The notes beneath the pieces are model-generated. The model worked only from the letters and a program-made list of their open reading frames with translations. It was not told where the DNA came from and ran no database searches. A stretch of 63,684 bases of DNA, filler included, from Phoronis australis (lineage: Eukaryota > Animalia > Phoronida), in NCBI GenBank assembly GCA_002633005.1. It is 6 parts of 6 records of this genome, joined end to end, with 100 filler letters (N's around TTAATTAATTAA, not from the genome) between each part and the next. Parts side by side here need not be neighbours in the genome. Positions count along the whole stretch, not along the records: positions 45,957 to 60,710 come from NMRA01001544.1; 5 more parts are not named here. The stretch is one strand, 5' to 3'. Numbering within the stretch: the first letter of the stretch is position 1; each line of letters begins with the position of its first letter. Position numbers and translations under genes: made by a program. Below, piece after piece: positions 49,112-60,810 of this stretch.

Positions 49112-51377
49112 GTACATCATGAACAGACTGTGTGCTCAAAAATAGTAACTAAACTTATTGCGTGTCTTGAGATTCTGTCTAAGAAGTGACTCAAGAGTCG
49201 AGTGATCACTAACCTTGGTCTAAACTTTAGACTAGTTAAAGTAACTTTACCGCCGTCTCAACTGGTAGTAAAGACTGTGGCCATTCCACAGCCAGGCCCT
49301 TCGTTCGCCAGAGGGTTTTCGGCTATGGCTAGTTATGCCTCACACTGATTTAACCAACAAAGTCATGTTGCTACAAGCACCTTTTGCACATAAAGGGAAC
49401 CTTATGAGGCCGCGTAGACAGTGACCACCGTCTCTACAGTTCTTAGACTTAGACTGAGACGGTGAAGCTATAAGCTTTTCAACGAATTATGTCTCGGACT
49501 GTTATAAGTACCTTTTGCGCATAGAGATACACCTTAGGCCGTCGATGAAATTAATTCCTTCCAACGCGAACATAAGTTCTCAGTAATGAAAGTTCTAATG
49601 AAACGAGCAGACGTCTTTTGCATTCATTTGCCCAAATCGGTAACATGGCCATTTTTAACTCTGCTCGCGCTAGGAAATATGATGTCATGTGTGTTATGGT
49701 TTGTGTTATTTACTCTAGATAATGACCATTTCATGTGAATTTTTGCATAAATATGCGTACCAAGGTGGTTGAGTTGTTCTCTCTTAGTGGACCTCTGTGA
49801 TGAGGGGCGTAGATTTAGTGGTAGTACTGCTTGGTTATTCCACTAGGTATATGCCCTCTTTCAAACCGTATGACCAAAATTATTGATATCTTAACTATTT
49901 TCCACATTTTTGATTTCTTGGAGACCGTAGCAGAGTGTGAATCTGTTTTTTAGCCGGAACAGGTTGGAGGTTTGGGGACATTTGTTTCTCCGCACATGAT
50001 TAGGAAGTTTGCGCGGGTTGTGGTCGCGAAACGAAATGTGTCAATTTCACCCTGAATAATCACTATACCCTATATCGTGCCACTGTTGGAGAGTTGGCAA
50101 ATCAGTGCTTTTTTGAGATAAACTAGCTGGCAGACCTACGCTGTGATTAATCACTTTGAACATTACAACGCTGTTGCCAATATAGTGCTTAATAGTGCTT
50201 CTGACACTTATAAACACTGCCTGACTGCCCGGTTGTTAATTTGCGGTTGTCATGGAAAACATTTGTGGTTCACTTGAGTGATCTACAAAGGAGAGTAACC
50301 ATTTAAGCCTACTGTTATTTGTTATTGAAATTTCCTTGGATTACGCTTAAGTTGGGTGTTTTTAGAAAATTTTGATGGTGGTCCAATAGCTTAGGTTCCT
50401 CCGTAGTGACCACATAAAATGCATGCTATTAGGCAGTTTACACTGACTGAACCCAAATGTCTCAAACCTTTCCATACATGAGAGAAAATACTTTCCATTC
50501 CCGTGCTGGCAATTTTAAGTTGTGGACCAGTAGAAATGCCAAAATGCAATGAATTTTGATAAGATTGGCTAATCACTTCGAGGTTATTAATCATAGGTGA
50601 TCTCTTTGGGAGTTCAACATAGCTTTTTAAAAATAGTCAAATGTTGTATTTGGTCTTTGCCTACTAGAAATCTTGAAAAAATGCTGGGTTCACAAAATTA
50701 GTTTTTCCATTACACTCTCCTAAGCAGAGGAACCTCCAAAAATGTGAAATTTCAATGGGTTACTGAAAAGCCACTTCTGATTGAGTTAATAATTGAAATT
50801 TTTTGAAAGTGGTATAATTTCACTGCGCCATGTCATTTTCAAGTTCTAACGGCTTTAATAAAATTTCCCAGTTTACATATTCTTATTGACAATGAAAGTG
50901 AATGTGTCTTCTTAATTTTAAGTACAATGAATTTTAGCAATTTGATTATTACACACAAAGTTACACCAGTCTGTTATTTTTTTCTTTAATGCCATATGCT
51001 GATGGCACATGCGCTTGCTATTCTTGTGTTTTGGTATGACGTCATTGTGAACTTTGCTCGGTTATTCAACGCTTTAGTAATAAATGTTGAACTCAAAATC
51101 AACATTTTTCAAATCAAGTAATCTGTTTTCAGACATCAAAACTGATAATTCATGTGTTTCATGAATCAGTGAACGTGATTTAACAACAACTACTTTGTGA
51201 CTTTCAGTGTCGAGCCCCATTAACTCGTTTCATTGGTTAGAATCATTTCCTGCCATGACAAGGGAAATTTTGAAACTAATTTGTTAGTAAGAGCTAATCA
51301 ACCTAGTTCATATTTTCCATGTTAAGACCTTACGGTTATTTGGCAGGAAATCCTCTTTAAGAAGGTATGATGAAAAT

Positions 51378-51545
51378 GGGATTACTTATGAGAACATGTG
51401 GTTTGTTGCTCATAAGCCCTTTAAAGTCATACTATCAGTGACAATGTTTTCAATGTGAGATCATCCCTGAGACAGATTCGAACCTATGACTTTGGCAGTC
51501 GCTGTCCTAGTTGCTTTGCTGGAGAGCTGAAACCCAGTGCAACAA
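51378..51545 (-). mobile_element. Probable tRNA-derived SINE
   Basis: Minus-strand B box GGTTCGAATC; terminal hairpin CTTATGAGCAACA...TGTTCTCATAAG. Confidence 0.45.
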
Positions 51546-51562
51546 GTAGCTAAGTAAAACTA

Positions 51563-51685
51563 TTTTTATTGAACTGATAAGGTCTCCATTTCAGTTAATC
51601 TTATATCATGATAAAGCATAAAAAAGGTTCCAGGTGATCAGTGCAATGGTCCCTCCTGAGCGACCTGCACACCTCAGGTACAACA
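51563..51685 (+). ncRNA. Candidate H/ACA snoRNA, TTC36 intron 1
   Basis: H box AAAGCA (51613-51618), 3' hairpin, ACA at 51680-51682; paralogous to 52491-52630. Confidence 0.45.
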
Positions 51686-51920
51686 CGGAATTATTTCTTT
51701 AATCCTGCAGAATACCTGGAAACCAACGTGATGATTTTTTTATCTCTACTAAAATCACAAAAGCAACGGATTTTCCTGTTTTATGACTCTGGTCAAAGCT
51801 AATAATTTTAAGAAACCGTAACATACTCAATGACATCCAGCTTTTCAATCCTAAAACCGGCTTGTATACCTTTAATAACATGCTTTCATGTTGTTTGAAA
51901 TTTTGATATTTACCGTACAG

Positions 51921-52103
51921 TTGAAGAAGATGACGTGATAAGCGGTGTGAAGAAGTTGGAACGAGACGGCGTTGAAGCTGCCGAGAGAGGCGACCTCGAC
52001 TGTGCTCTTGAATACTTCTGCAATGCTGTGAACTCTGCTCCTCATTGGCCGTCAGCCTATAACAACCGTGCACAAGTACTCAGGTTGAAAGGAGACACTC
52101 CTG
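51921..52103 (+). CDS. TTC36: TTC36 exon 2
   Basis: cag|VEEDDVISGVKKLERDGVEAAERGDLDCALEYFCNAVNSAPHWPSAYNNRAQVLRLKGDTP|gtaatt. Confidence 0.95.
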
Positions 52104-52490
52104 GTAATTAAAGATGCAATGTTCTGATAACCTGTCTTGTGTCTGAAATTTAAAGCAAAACTGTGATTTGGGAGACACAAAAATCTGTACTGTCAAGTTG
52201 AGGTAAAAATTCCCCAGTTCCTAAAATTCTAGATATTAAAATTCATGCTGGAATTGAATTTTCTTAAAACTGAAGATCATAATTTCTGAAAGTGCAGTTT
52301 GTACTGAAGTTTTGTAATACAATGGTCGAAAGTAGACGCTGACATAACAGACTTCAGAATTGATAATGTTGTCATGTTTGTCATAATTCTTAGAATTTGG
52401 AATTGTCAATATTGCCTGTTTGTAAAATTTGGTACTAACTCCAACCTTGTCTTGGGAGTCTTAATGACTTTTAATGAAACAGTCTTCTGG

Positions 52491-52630
52491 TCTATCAATG
52501 TCTCCGTTATGCAGTAGTTGATCCTCAGCCTCTTGAACAGATTAGCGATATATTAATAGAGCATAAAAATGGTCCCAGGTAATCAGTGCAATGGGCTCAA
52601 ATGCACTGCCTGCGCACATCTGGTACAACA
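52491..52630 (+). ncRNA. Candidate H/ACA snoRNA, TTC36 intron 2
   Basis: 140 nt; 5' stem CTATCAATG/TATTAATAG, H box AGAGCA (52558-52563), 3' stem CCAGGT/ATCTGG, ACA at 52625-52627. Confidence 0.55.
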
Positions 52631-52746
52631 CATATCTGACTGCTTGCAATTATTTTTGTATTTTATCATGCTTTATTGAAAATGTCGTTCAATTACTAAG
52701 TGAACTGAATTTTGTAGTTGACATCGTGTAATCGTGTGGTTTACAG

Positions 52747-52848
52747 GTGCCAAGCGTGATCTGGATAAAGCTATAGAATTGAGTAATGGTGTAGGGGCTG
52801 CAGCTTGCCAAGCCTACACACAGAGGGCGCTAATACGGCAGTATGAAG
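52747..52848 (+). CDS. TTC36: TTC36 exon 3
   Basis: cag|GAKRDLDKAIELSNGVGAAACQAYTQRALIRQYE|gtattt. Confidence 0.95.
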
Positions 52849-53596
52849 GTATTTGTAAATGACCCTTTTTATAGTTAGAGGATTTTAGGATATGCGTGTT
52901 CCTCTCCATCTGTTGGCTGTAAATCAAGGTGCCCATTCTCTGGTTTCATTGGTTGATTTCATTCTGTTTAGCTGACCAGTGTCCTACAATGTATAGCAGA
53001 TATGCCACAAATCTTTAACCATAAAAAGGTCTATGGTATCAGACAATATCTGGCAACTGTTATTAACTTTTCTAGTTAAATTAACATGACTGCTGTTAAA
53101 GCTGCATTTTGACCTGTTTAGCTGGCTATGAAATGAAAAGTGAATTAGACCTTTTACTCTCATAAGATCAGTCTTAGAATGGTCTTAATGAAATGTGGTC
53201 TTATTGAGGAGAGCAGTGTTGCTACTGATTTATAGACAGATCGGACTGCCCCCTGTAGTAGACACAAATAATTACCTCTTATTTGTGTCTGACTCAATAT
53301 TTAACGTGTTTGTTGATGGTTGTTCATAAGTTGGCATATGAGGAGAGCATGGCTGGTATTGATTTTTTTGGTCTGAACTAATTTCTGTGGCGCTCCCTTG
53401 TGTCTACCTCAACATCTTCCATGTTTTTCTGAGCTAGCTTTAAAAGCTCAGAACCACGTATAAAAAGCCTGAACATTTTCTACTTTGCATGGCAAATGAA
53501 ATAGTGCTACTTATGTTTTATTATTTTGCTGTAAAATCACACTCTGCAAGCTTGTCTATATTTTATGTGACCTGACCTTTGCTCTTTGACCTGCAG

Positions 53597-53751
53597 GTGA
53601 CACAGACAGTGCAGTGGAGGACTACAAGAGAGCGGCTGACCTGGGCAGTGTCTTTGCCAAGCAGCAGGTGGTCAACTTGAACCCATATGCTGCACTTTGT
53701 AACCAGATGCTGTCCGACGTGTTTGAGAAACTTAAGAGTGGCGAATCATAG
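53597..53751 (+). CDS. TTC36: TTC36 exon 4 (terminal); total CDS 546 nt, 181 aa
   Basis: cag|GDTDSAVEDYKRAADLGSVFAKQQVVNLNPYAALCNQMLSDVFEKLKSGES*; NPYAALCN.ML signature; all three introns phase 1. Confidence 0.95.
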
Positions 53752-55759
53752 TGTCGGCTTGGTGGTAGTGGTTGTGTGTCTTCGTGTACATAATGGAATA
53801 GTGTGGAATATCTGTACATAGAATTTCTGGAACCTCCCATGTGAAGCTATGTTACTCATCTAATGTCGAGGAATTGACAACTGTCTTCTCTGGTGTTAAC
53901 GTTTTACCAAAAATACACAATTTCTCTAATGTCAAACAGCCATCATGTGTCTCTAACATTGTGAAAGCATTCAAATTCTGGTGGACAAGACAGGTTCAGT
54001 TTACTAAGCTGAAAGTTCTTTCACTGTGACGTTGACATTTTTTGTGCGAATCATTTGCTCATCTCACCATGTGACTCTACAACAGATGGCATAATGATAG
54101 TAAAGGATTTAAAGTACTGTTTTAAATCTCCATCCAAGTCGTAGGTGATTTTTATGAAGGTGGCGCTAAAGTGTCTGTGTCCACCAACTACTCTATCGCC
54201 ATCTAGCAAGACATTTCAGTATGTCATTGCAATATCCGAAAATAAGACTTGTGGGCTGTATATGCTTGATTAGTTTGTTGACTGGAACTACGCAACCTGT
54301 TTGACAAGGAACTATGAATGGTTCATGACAGTGACAGCTGATGGCCAGATATTGTTATGCACTCTTGACATCATGACTCATTGTTGCCATTGATCTTAAA
54401 GATCCATGTAGTGCTAATTATGCTGGAAACTTCAAATTGAATTAAGTCAAATTAGCGCCTGTGAATATTCAAGTTGAAAGCAATCTCTGCACTTTATTCA
54501 GCACTTGTGTTTATCTTGTTAAATTAGGAACACTAGCATAGCATATTCAAAACAAAGTCAAGGGTTCCAACCCAAAACAATGGTTTTCAAAGATGTCTCT
54601 GAGTAGAACTTAAACTAAGAGAAGATGTGATGTAAGAAATCAATGTAAATGATTTTTGCCCGCTGTGTTACCAAGGGGATATGTGATACATGTACTACTG
54701 TAGCACATATCACAGCTTTCATCGAGTACATTATGTTGTTGAATGGATAAATTGGTGATTAGAGGGAAGGCAGATATTTAGCACCGAGGGGGTCTCTCTG
54801 TGTGCTGATTTTTCCCTCATTAAGATCGCAATCAGTCTTAATGAGAAAGAGAAGTCACCAAAAGGGTTTTGAGAACAGTACCTCATTCTTACATTTTTGG
54901 ACTGCTATCATTACAATAAAATCTCGCCAATTTGGCACAGAAGGTGAAATTATCCTCATAAGGTTAAGTTTCATCAAATAAATACTCCAATGCTTCTAAA
55001 TTCTATAACGTAGTCAATGTTTTGAGAAATTTTGGGCATTCACGGCAGTTTTAGATGTTTTGAAAAACATGAAACGGGCAATTTTGGTAATTATTTTTCT
55101 CCAAAATTAGTGAGATTTTTCTGTACAATATACAGTACAAACTAAAAGTAATCGGACAATGTGACCCGAAATTCTCCGTCATGACAGGTGGGTGTAAGCC
55201 AAATTCATTGTCAATAAGTCATGACCTTAAATGAAGGTAAATGAACAGGTCAGAAAGTTAGTACGGTGGCTTAAACATTCCTTTATTAGAATTTTGCCAT
55301 TCCAATAGTTATGACCAGTAATTTTTGCTGTTCACAGAATTAGCCCTAATGACCAGGAAAACGGTATTTTGTGTGATTTCTTTTGTCTTGTATTATATGC
55401 TTGCAGTGCCACATTTGCTTCCTGTATTTGTGAAATTATACATCTTATGTTTTTTCACAAACACGTTAAATAAAACAGCAAATAACAATGAACAATATGT
55501 CTGCCCAGAGATCAGATCCTGGCATTAAAGCTATCAATGTTACATAGAACTTGTTAATGCATACATTAATCCTTATCCCGCTGTGAGTCACTGGCCCAGG
55601 CACTTGTGTTATGAATCTTGTCATGTCAAGCGCCTCTTTTTAGTGTAGGAGCCCATGATGGAGTTAATGGTCGTTCTTTTCTTGTGTTTTTGTAATATGA
55701 ACTCTTTCATATTAAGGGTACCCCTGGTGGCGGGCCCTGAACATGACATCGACTGTCAC

Positions 55760-56300
55760 TCTTTAACTGCTTTTTTTAATTGTGGATTCTTTCATCTGAA
55801 GGGGTATTTTTTGGAGGTGGCTCAGTCCCATGACTAAATCATGATCAACTACTGTTTTTTCCTATTGTGGAATAATACATCCCTCTCTGAAAGAGGGGTC
55901 CCGATGAAGGAATCAGTTGCCCCTCTTCCTTTTTGTATTATTGTTGTATCTACTTGCAATGCCAGGCTACCTATTTTGGGGATCGGGGAACTGCGACCCC
56001 TTGTTCTTATGAAATTGCATCCTGTACTACCTGCACGCACTTGAATTCAGACAATTTACCATACTTTAAAAATCCTGAGAAAATTTGACTTGCACTGCTT
56101 TCCATGTGAAGGGGGCCCGCGATGGAACTGCTGTTTTTTGTATTGTGGAAATAAGTTCAAGGACCCTATCTGAAAGAGGGGCCCTCTTGATGGAATGTGC
56201 TGCCATTATTTTTGTAATTATGTATCCTTCCATATAATGAGCCTCCTCAAATCTTGGAAGGGCCTCGGACAATTGCCCCCTTTGCCGTATTATAAATAAT
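55760..56300. repeat. Degenerate internal direct repeats, probably a hAT-like non-autonomous element
   Basis: CTGTTTTT..TATTGTGGA...TCTGAAAGAGGGG motif recurs at ~55767, 55851, 56131. Confidence 0.45.
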
Positions 56301-56516
56301 GGGCTGTGATTGCATTTGACCCATGTTGTTGTCCAACATCTTTGTTCCAGCATTTTGCTCAGTGACAAGAACTCTTTGCCTGGGCTTAACGCTCAGGGCT
56401 TCACCTTTAGGCACAGTCTTGTGTGCCCTTTACCTCAGTGTCCATGAGTGGATGTTTTGGTATTTGTTAATTTTCCTTGTAATGTAGTACATTTTTAATT
56501 AATTTCCCAATCTTTA

Positions 56517-56651
56517 CAGGGGCGGATCCAGGATTTTGAGTTGGGGGGCCAAGGCAGACATTCGCACCCCCCCGCGAGCTGCCAAATGGAATCTGTGAGA
56601 ATTTTATGGGGCCATGTCCCTCTTGCCCCTTTCCCCCTAAATCCGCCACTG
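56517..56651 (+). mobile_element. hAT-like non-autonomous element
   Basis: CAGGGGCGGATCCAGG...AAATCCGCCACTG; internal similarity to 26179 and 58990 copies. Confidence 0.75.
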
Positions 56652-57555
56652 CTTATGTAAAGTTTATGAGACTGGACCAATTAATGGGCTTTTTTACACA
56701 CTTGCCGGAGTCGGAGAAATGAGTTGTTGTGTCACGTGACCATTACGAGGAGGTGCTTATAAAGTTAGGTAGCCTCGCATATAGCAAGGCGTCAGTGAGT
56801 GTTTGAAACGTAGAATCATGGCGGAGCCTGGAAAATGCCAGCGTAAAATACAAGACAACATTTAGAACTGGCTCGGAGAGAAGTAAGCGATGGAATCTCT
56901 GTACTCGGCTAAGATGTGTATTCAAATTTTAAAGTAGCTGAGTAACTTTTTAAGAGTTTTCTAAGCTGCGCTACATCCGGAAACCGGCTGGACGGCTGAC
57001 AAGCGTTCTCTCAAGCAGAGGCATTTCTAAAAATAACTTACGGTCTTAGTTTAATGTTAGAGTATCACCTACAATCCTTTGTGAATCCTACGGATAACTA
57101 AGGGCAAAACTTTAACGCACACAAATCATCTCCGGAGTTCAAAATAACGCCACTATCGGAACTGAATAAGTCAGTGTAGGCCTATCACTCCAGTAACCTT
57201 CGGGATTTATGCCGGGATTATTTACTTGAGTATAATGCACGAGCTGAAGTTTATTGGGGTTGTTTCTCGATAGCTTTTTGCTATTAACTATACTGTCGTA
57301 GCACACATAACTAGTAGAATTAAAAACATACAGTTAGTACTATATACTTGAGATTCATGGCAATAGGGCCCTCCCGGATTACACACTCGAATCTCGCTGT
57401 ATTTACCCACAATGACGTAAACATTCGTCAGGCACATTTGCTGCCTCGTTTTCGAGCCACTGGATCGAGTTTCACATGTTGTTTGTTGTTGTCTGATTCT
57501 TAACAATTTTTTCTCGGTTGCATTACTCTATTCGTTCTTCCTATGCTAACGAAGT

Positions 57556-57647
57556 ATGAAGTGTCGTGTTGTGGGCTGCAACAAAAGTTTTATAAACTGG
57601 ACAAATACCCGTGGATGCGTGATCTGAATTTTTTTGCCTTCCCGACA
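57556..57647 (+). pseudogene. THAP N-terminal fragment
   Basis: MKCRVVGCNKS / KLDKYPWMRDLNFFAFP with a frameshift. Confidence 0.5.
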
Positions 57648-57836
57648 TTCATTGAGAGACACGAAAATGGTGCCTGATTTCAAAAACTAGATCACATACT
57701 TTCTTATTTCCATAATAACGGCGAATAAAAGTTATCTCTAATGCATACAAACATCTCCTGTTGAGTGACAATGTACCACGAGTGCAGTTTTCAAATGCAT
57801 ATTCTACGCTACTGTTACTGACTGCCAGTTTGTATT

Positions 57837-58257
57837 CTTTCCAGGAATCGTCATGAAACAATGCATGGAAAACTATGCCTCGACATTTTCGTTCTCAATG
57901 CAGAATAAAGAATCGTTATCAGATAAATACATGCAAGGTTGATTACATTTAACTCAACCAACATCACAACAGTCGCGTTTTGAATTACACTCTTTCCAAG
58001 AATCGTCATGAAAAAATGCTTGAAAACTGTGTCTCCGAGTTGTTGTTCTCAGTGCAGGGCAAAGAATCGTTATCTGATAAATACACATGTACACAAACGT
58101 TCTCTTGTACTACACAAAGTTGATTGCATTCGATTTAACTAACATCACAATAGTCGCGTTTCAGTTTGCGTTCTTTCTATGAATCATCATGAAAAAATGC
58201 TTGAAATGCTATTCCCAGAAATTGTTGTTCACAATGCAGGGTAAAGAATTGTTATCA
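57837..58257. repeat. ~160-180 bp tandem repeat, about 2.5 copies
   Basis: GAATCGTCATGAAA...GTTCTCAATGCAG...AAAGAATCGTTATC...AACATCACAA.AGTCGCGTTT recurs. Confidence 0.8.
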
Positions 58258-58989
58258 GTTTTCTGCGTTTTTGCTTCTTTGACCCCGTTATCCTCAGAAA
58301 TTTCAGGCAATATTTTCAATTTGTATCTATTAATTATTACTAAGACCATGGATGAGTTAATCCAAAACTCAAACTATTTCAGATTTTGAGTGAAAAGTGA
58401 GGCGCCGGACTTTTAAACTACTTATCAGAGTAGGAATTGTTTAAACTACATTTTAGAAATGTAGCTGAAGAAAGTGAACTACAATGCATAGTATGATCCA
58501 TATCCGTGACATATGGTTATCACCCATTTATGGCTTTTTGTCTGATCTGAAGTGCACTGCACTCGATAGGAAACTGGCTGATTTTCTCATCGGAATGTGT
58601 GAATGAATGAGCTTTATGAAAAACTTACGTTCATTGCACTGTAGTCATGATATGAATAAAAGAATGAAAAGAAACAACAAGAAATTGCGGTTTTAATATG
58701 GGTGTGCCGTCTATATTTGTATTTTTATCCGCTTTATTCATAAAACGTACTAGTCGGCACACATCTGTTTGCAACTGAATTATACTATGAACTCGCGGTT
58801 TACTCTGTGGATGGGCGGACACAGGTTATCGCTGACCGGTGTTTAGTAGCTTTCGGTGCGACCGTAGACTGAAGATTGGTTCGAGTTAATCACTTTATTA
58901 ATTTCGGCCGCACGTACTCAAGTCTATTCAAACAAAAGGAACTACGTAATGTCTGTTCTATGTTCCAGCTGGTGCTACAAAACCTTGAC

Positions 58990-59189
58990 CAGGGGCGGAT
59001 CCAGGATTTTGAGTTGGAGGGCGGGGCAGATCGAGTATTAGCCAAGAATTTACCCATCAGATACTTACACCCCGAATTACCAAATTTAATCTGGGATAAT
59101 TTTAGGGGGGGGGGGGCATAGCCCCCTTGGNGATAATTTTAGGGGGGGGGGGGCATAGCCCCCTTGGCCCCCCTCTAAATTCACCACTA
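58990..59189 (+). mobile_element. hAT-like non-autonomous element
   Basis: CAGGGGCGGATCCAGG...AAATTCACCACTA; small duplication around the N at ~59131. Confidence 0.7.
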
Positions 59190-60810
59190 CTTTATCACGT
59201 CAACATGTCAACACAGGCATGCCAACGGCGCAGCTCAATCTTCACTCACACTTTAATTTGTTCTTTTATTGCAAGAGTACTTGGTTTGCTGAAATTGTAT
59301 TGGCATTTACTCGAAGCAACCTCCCCAACTTCAAAGCAAGGTAAACTGTTCAAAGGATGTTCGTTCAACCAAATCAAACTTTTTGCCTTTAATTGTACAT
59401 TCCATGTCTGACTGATTCTCGGCCTAATTCTTGATGGCCTGGCAGCTACCTGAAGTTGAGGTGGGAACAGTCAGTTCATGTATCTCTCATGTCAGTCAAC
59501 ACTTCTGACACGTAACTGCGCCCGGAATATATGCTTGAACTTGTTGTTAGTTGTCTTGCGCCTAGATATGAGGTCTCACGCAATAAATTTAATCTCGCGA
59601 AGTCAATTACCCATTTGATGTTCTAAATAGTAATCGGATGGTCTAGTCAAGTGATTATCATGTACTTATCTAACTAAAAATACAACTCGTGCACTTCACT
59701 TGTGAAATCGGTCTCATAATATTCCTTACCGTGCATTCCATTTTCGTTACTAATAAGAACATCGAAACTAACAACAACTCGAGAAAACGTGATCGTTTAT
59801 TGGAGTTGGCTAACCCCAATTACATTGTGAATTGGGAAATGGCGCATGCGCACATTACCTGCGTGGCAACGAGTCAGTGCCGGCTCAATCGCCAGCAACA
59901 AGATCTAATGAGCGTGGTATTATTTTTAAACTCCGAAGCGCTTGGCGATTAAGAAATCAGCACTTACATCTAGGTTCTCTTTTTCGAGGAGTCTAGTGAC
60001 TTGATTTTGGCTGAAAATCAGTCTACCTGTGGCTTTTTAGTGGTAACCAAATCAGTCTACGGTTGGCTTAGTAAATCAGTATACGGGTGGCTTAGCCCGT
60101 TCACGAATTCAGGCTAAGAATAAAAGCCAGAAAATGTGTCTACGACTCGAAGCCAAAAGACAGAAAATCGTAAACTGCCTAGGAGCAAACTAAAAGAAAG
60201 TCAAAGTCAAACGGAAATTTTTCTTGTTTATAGACTCTTCGGCAAGAAACAGGTCCCAGAACGGGACGAAATGCAGTTTTAAATACCCTGTGTCAAGAAA
60301 ATACACTAGCCTTTGTTATTAAATCACTACTAATACAAAAACTGTTGTCACGACAATCTGTGTCATGTATTTTCTAGTTGGAGGCGCCTGTATACCTTTA
60401 TAATAGCGAAAAGAACAAACTGTTTTACGAATAGACGCCTTGATGGAGCCTGCCGTCAGATATTTTCCGGTAGGGTGAAAATATGGCGAATGTATTCTGA
60501 CTGCGTAATTGCGTTACAGGCTTTCCTTTAGAACTTAAGTATTTTCACTCATTTACGTTTACCCTCAAAGTCGTTATCGAGGTGTGAGAACGATCTCAGT
60601 AATTTTGCTTGTAATGAATAATCAACCAGAAGCATGATTGCGCGCGCAACTGCGCGTGATTTTGTTTGAACAACATATCAGAAGCATGATTGCGCGCGCA
60701 ACTGTGCGTGNNNNNNNNNNNNNNNNNNNNNNNNNNNNNNNNNNNNNNNNNNNNTTAATTAATTAANNNNNNNNNNNNNNNNNNNNNNNNNNNNNNNNNN
60801 NNNNNNNNNN

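Noticed and set aside
51628-51680. miRNA hairpin (CAGTGCAAT or antisense ATTGCAC seed similarity)
   Set aside because: Stem too bulged for a pre-miRNA; conserved H and ACA boxes favour a snoRNA
53158-53270. Third H/ACA candidate in TTC36 intron 3 (hairpin, AGAGCA, hairpin, ACA)
   Set aside because: Not homologous to the other two and the GGTCTTAATG motifs recur at 52458 and 54835 like MITE remnants; too weak to call
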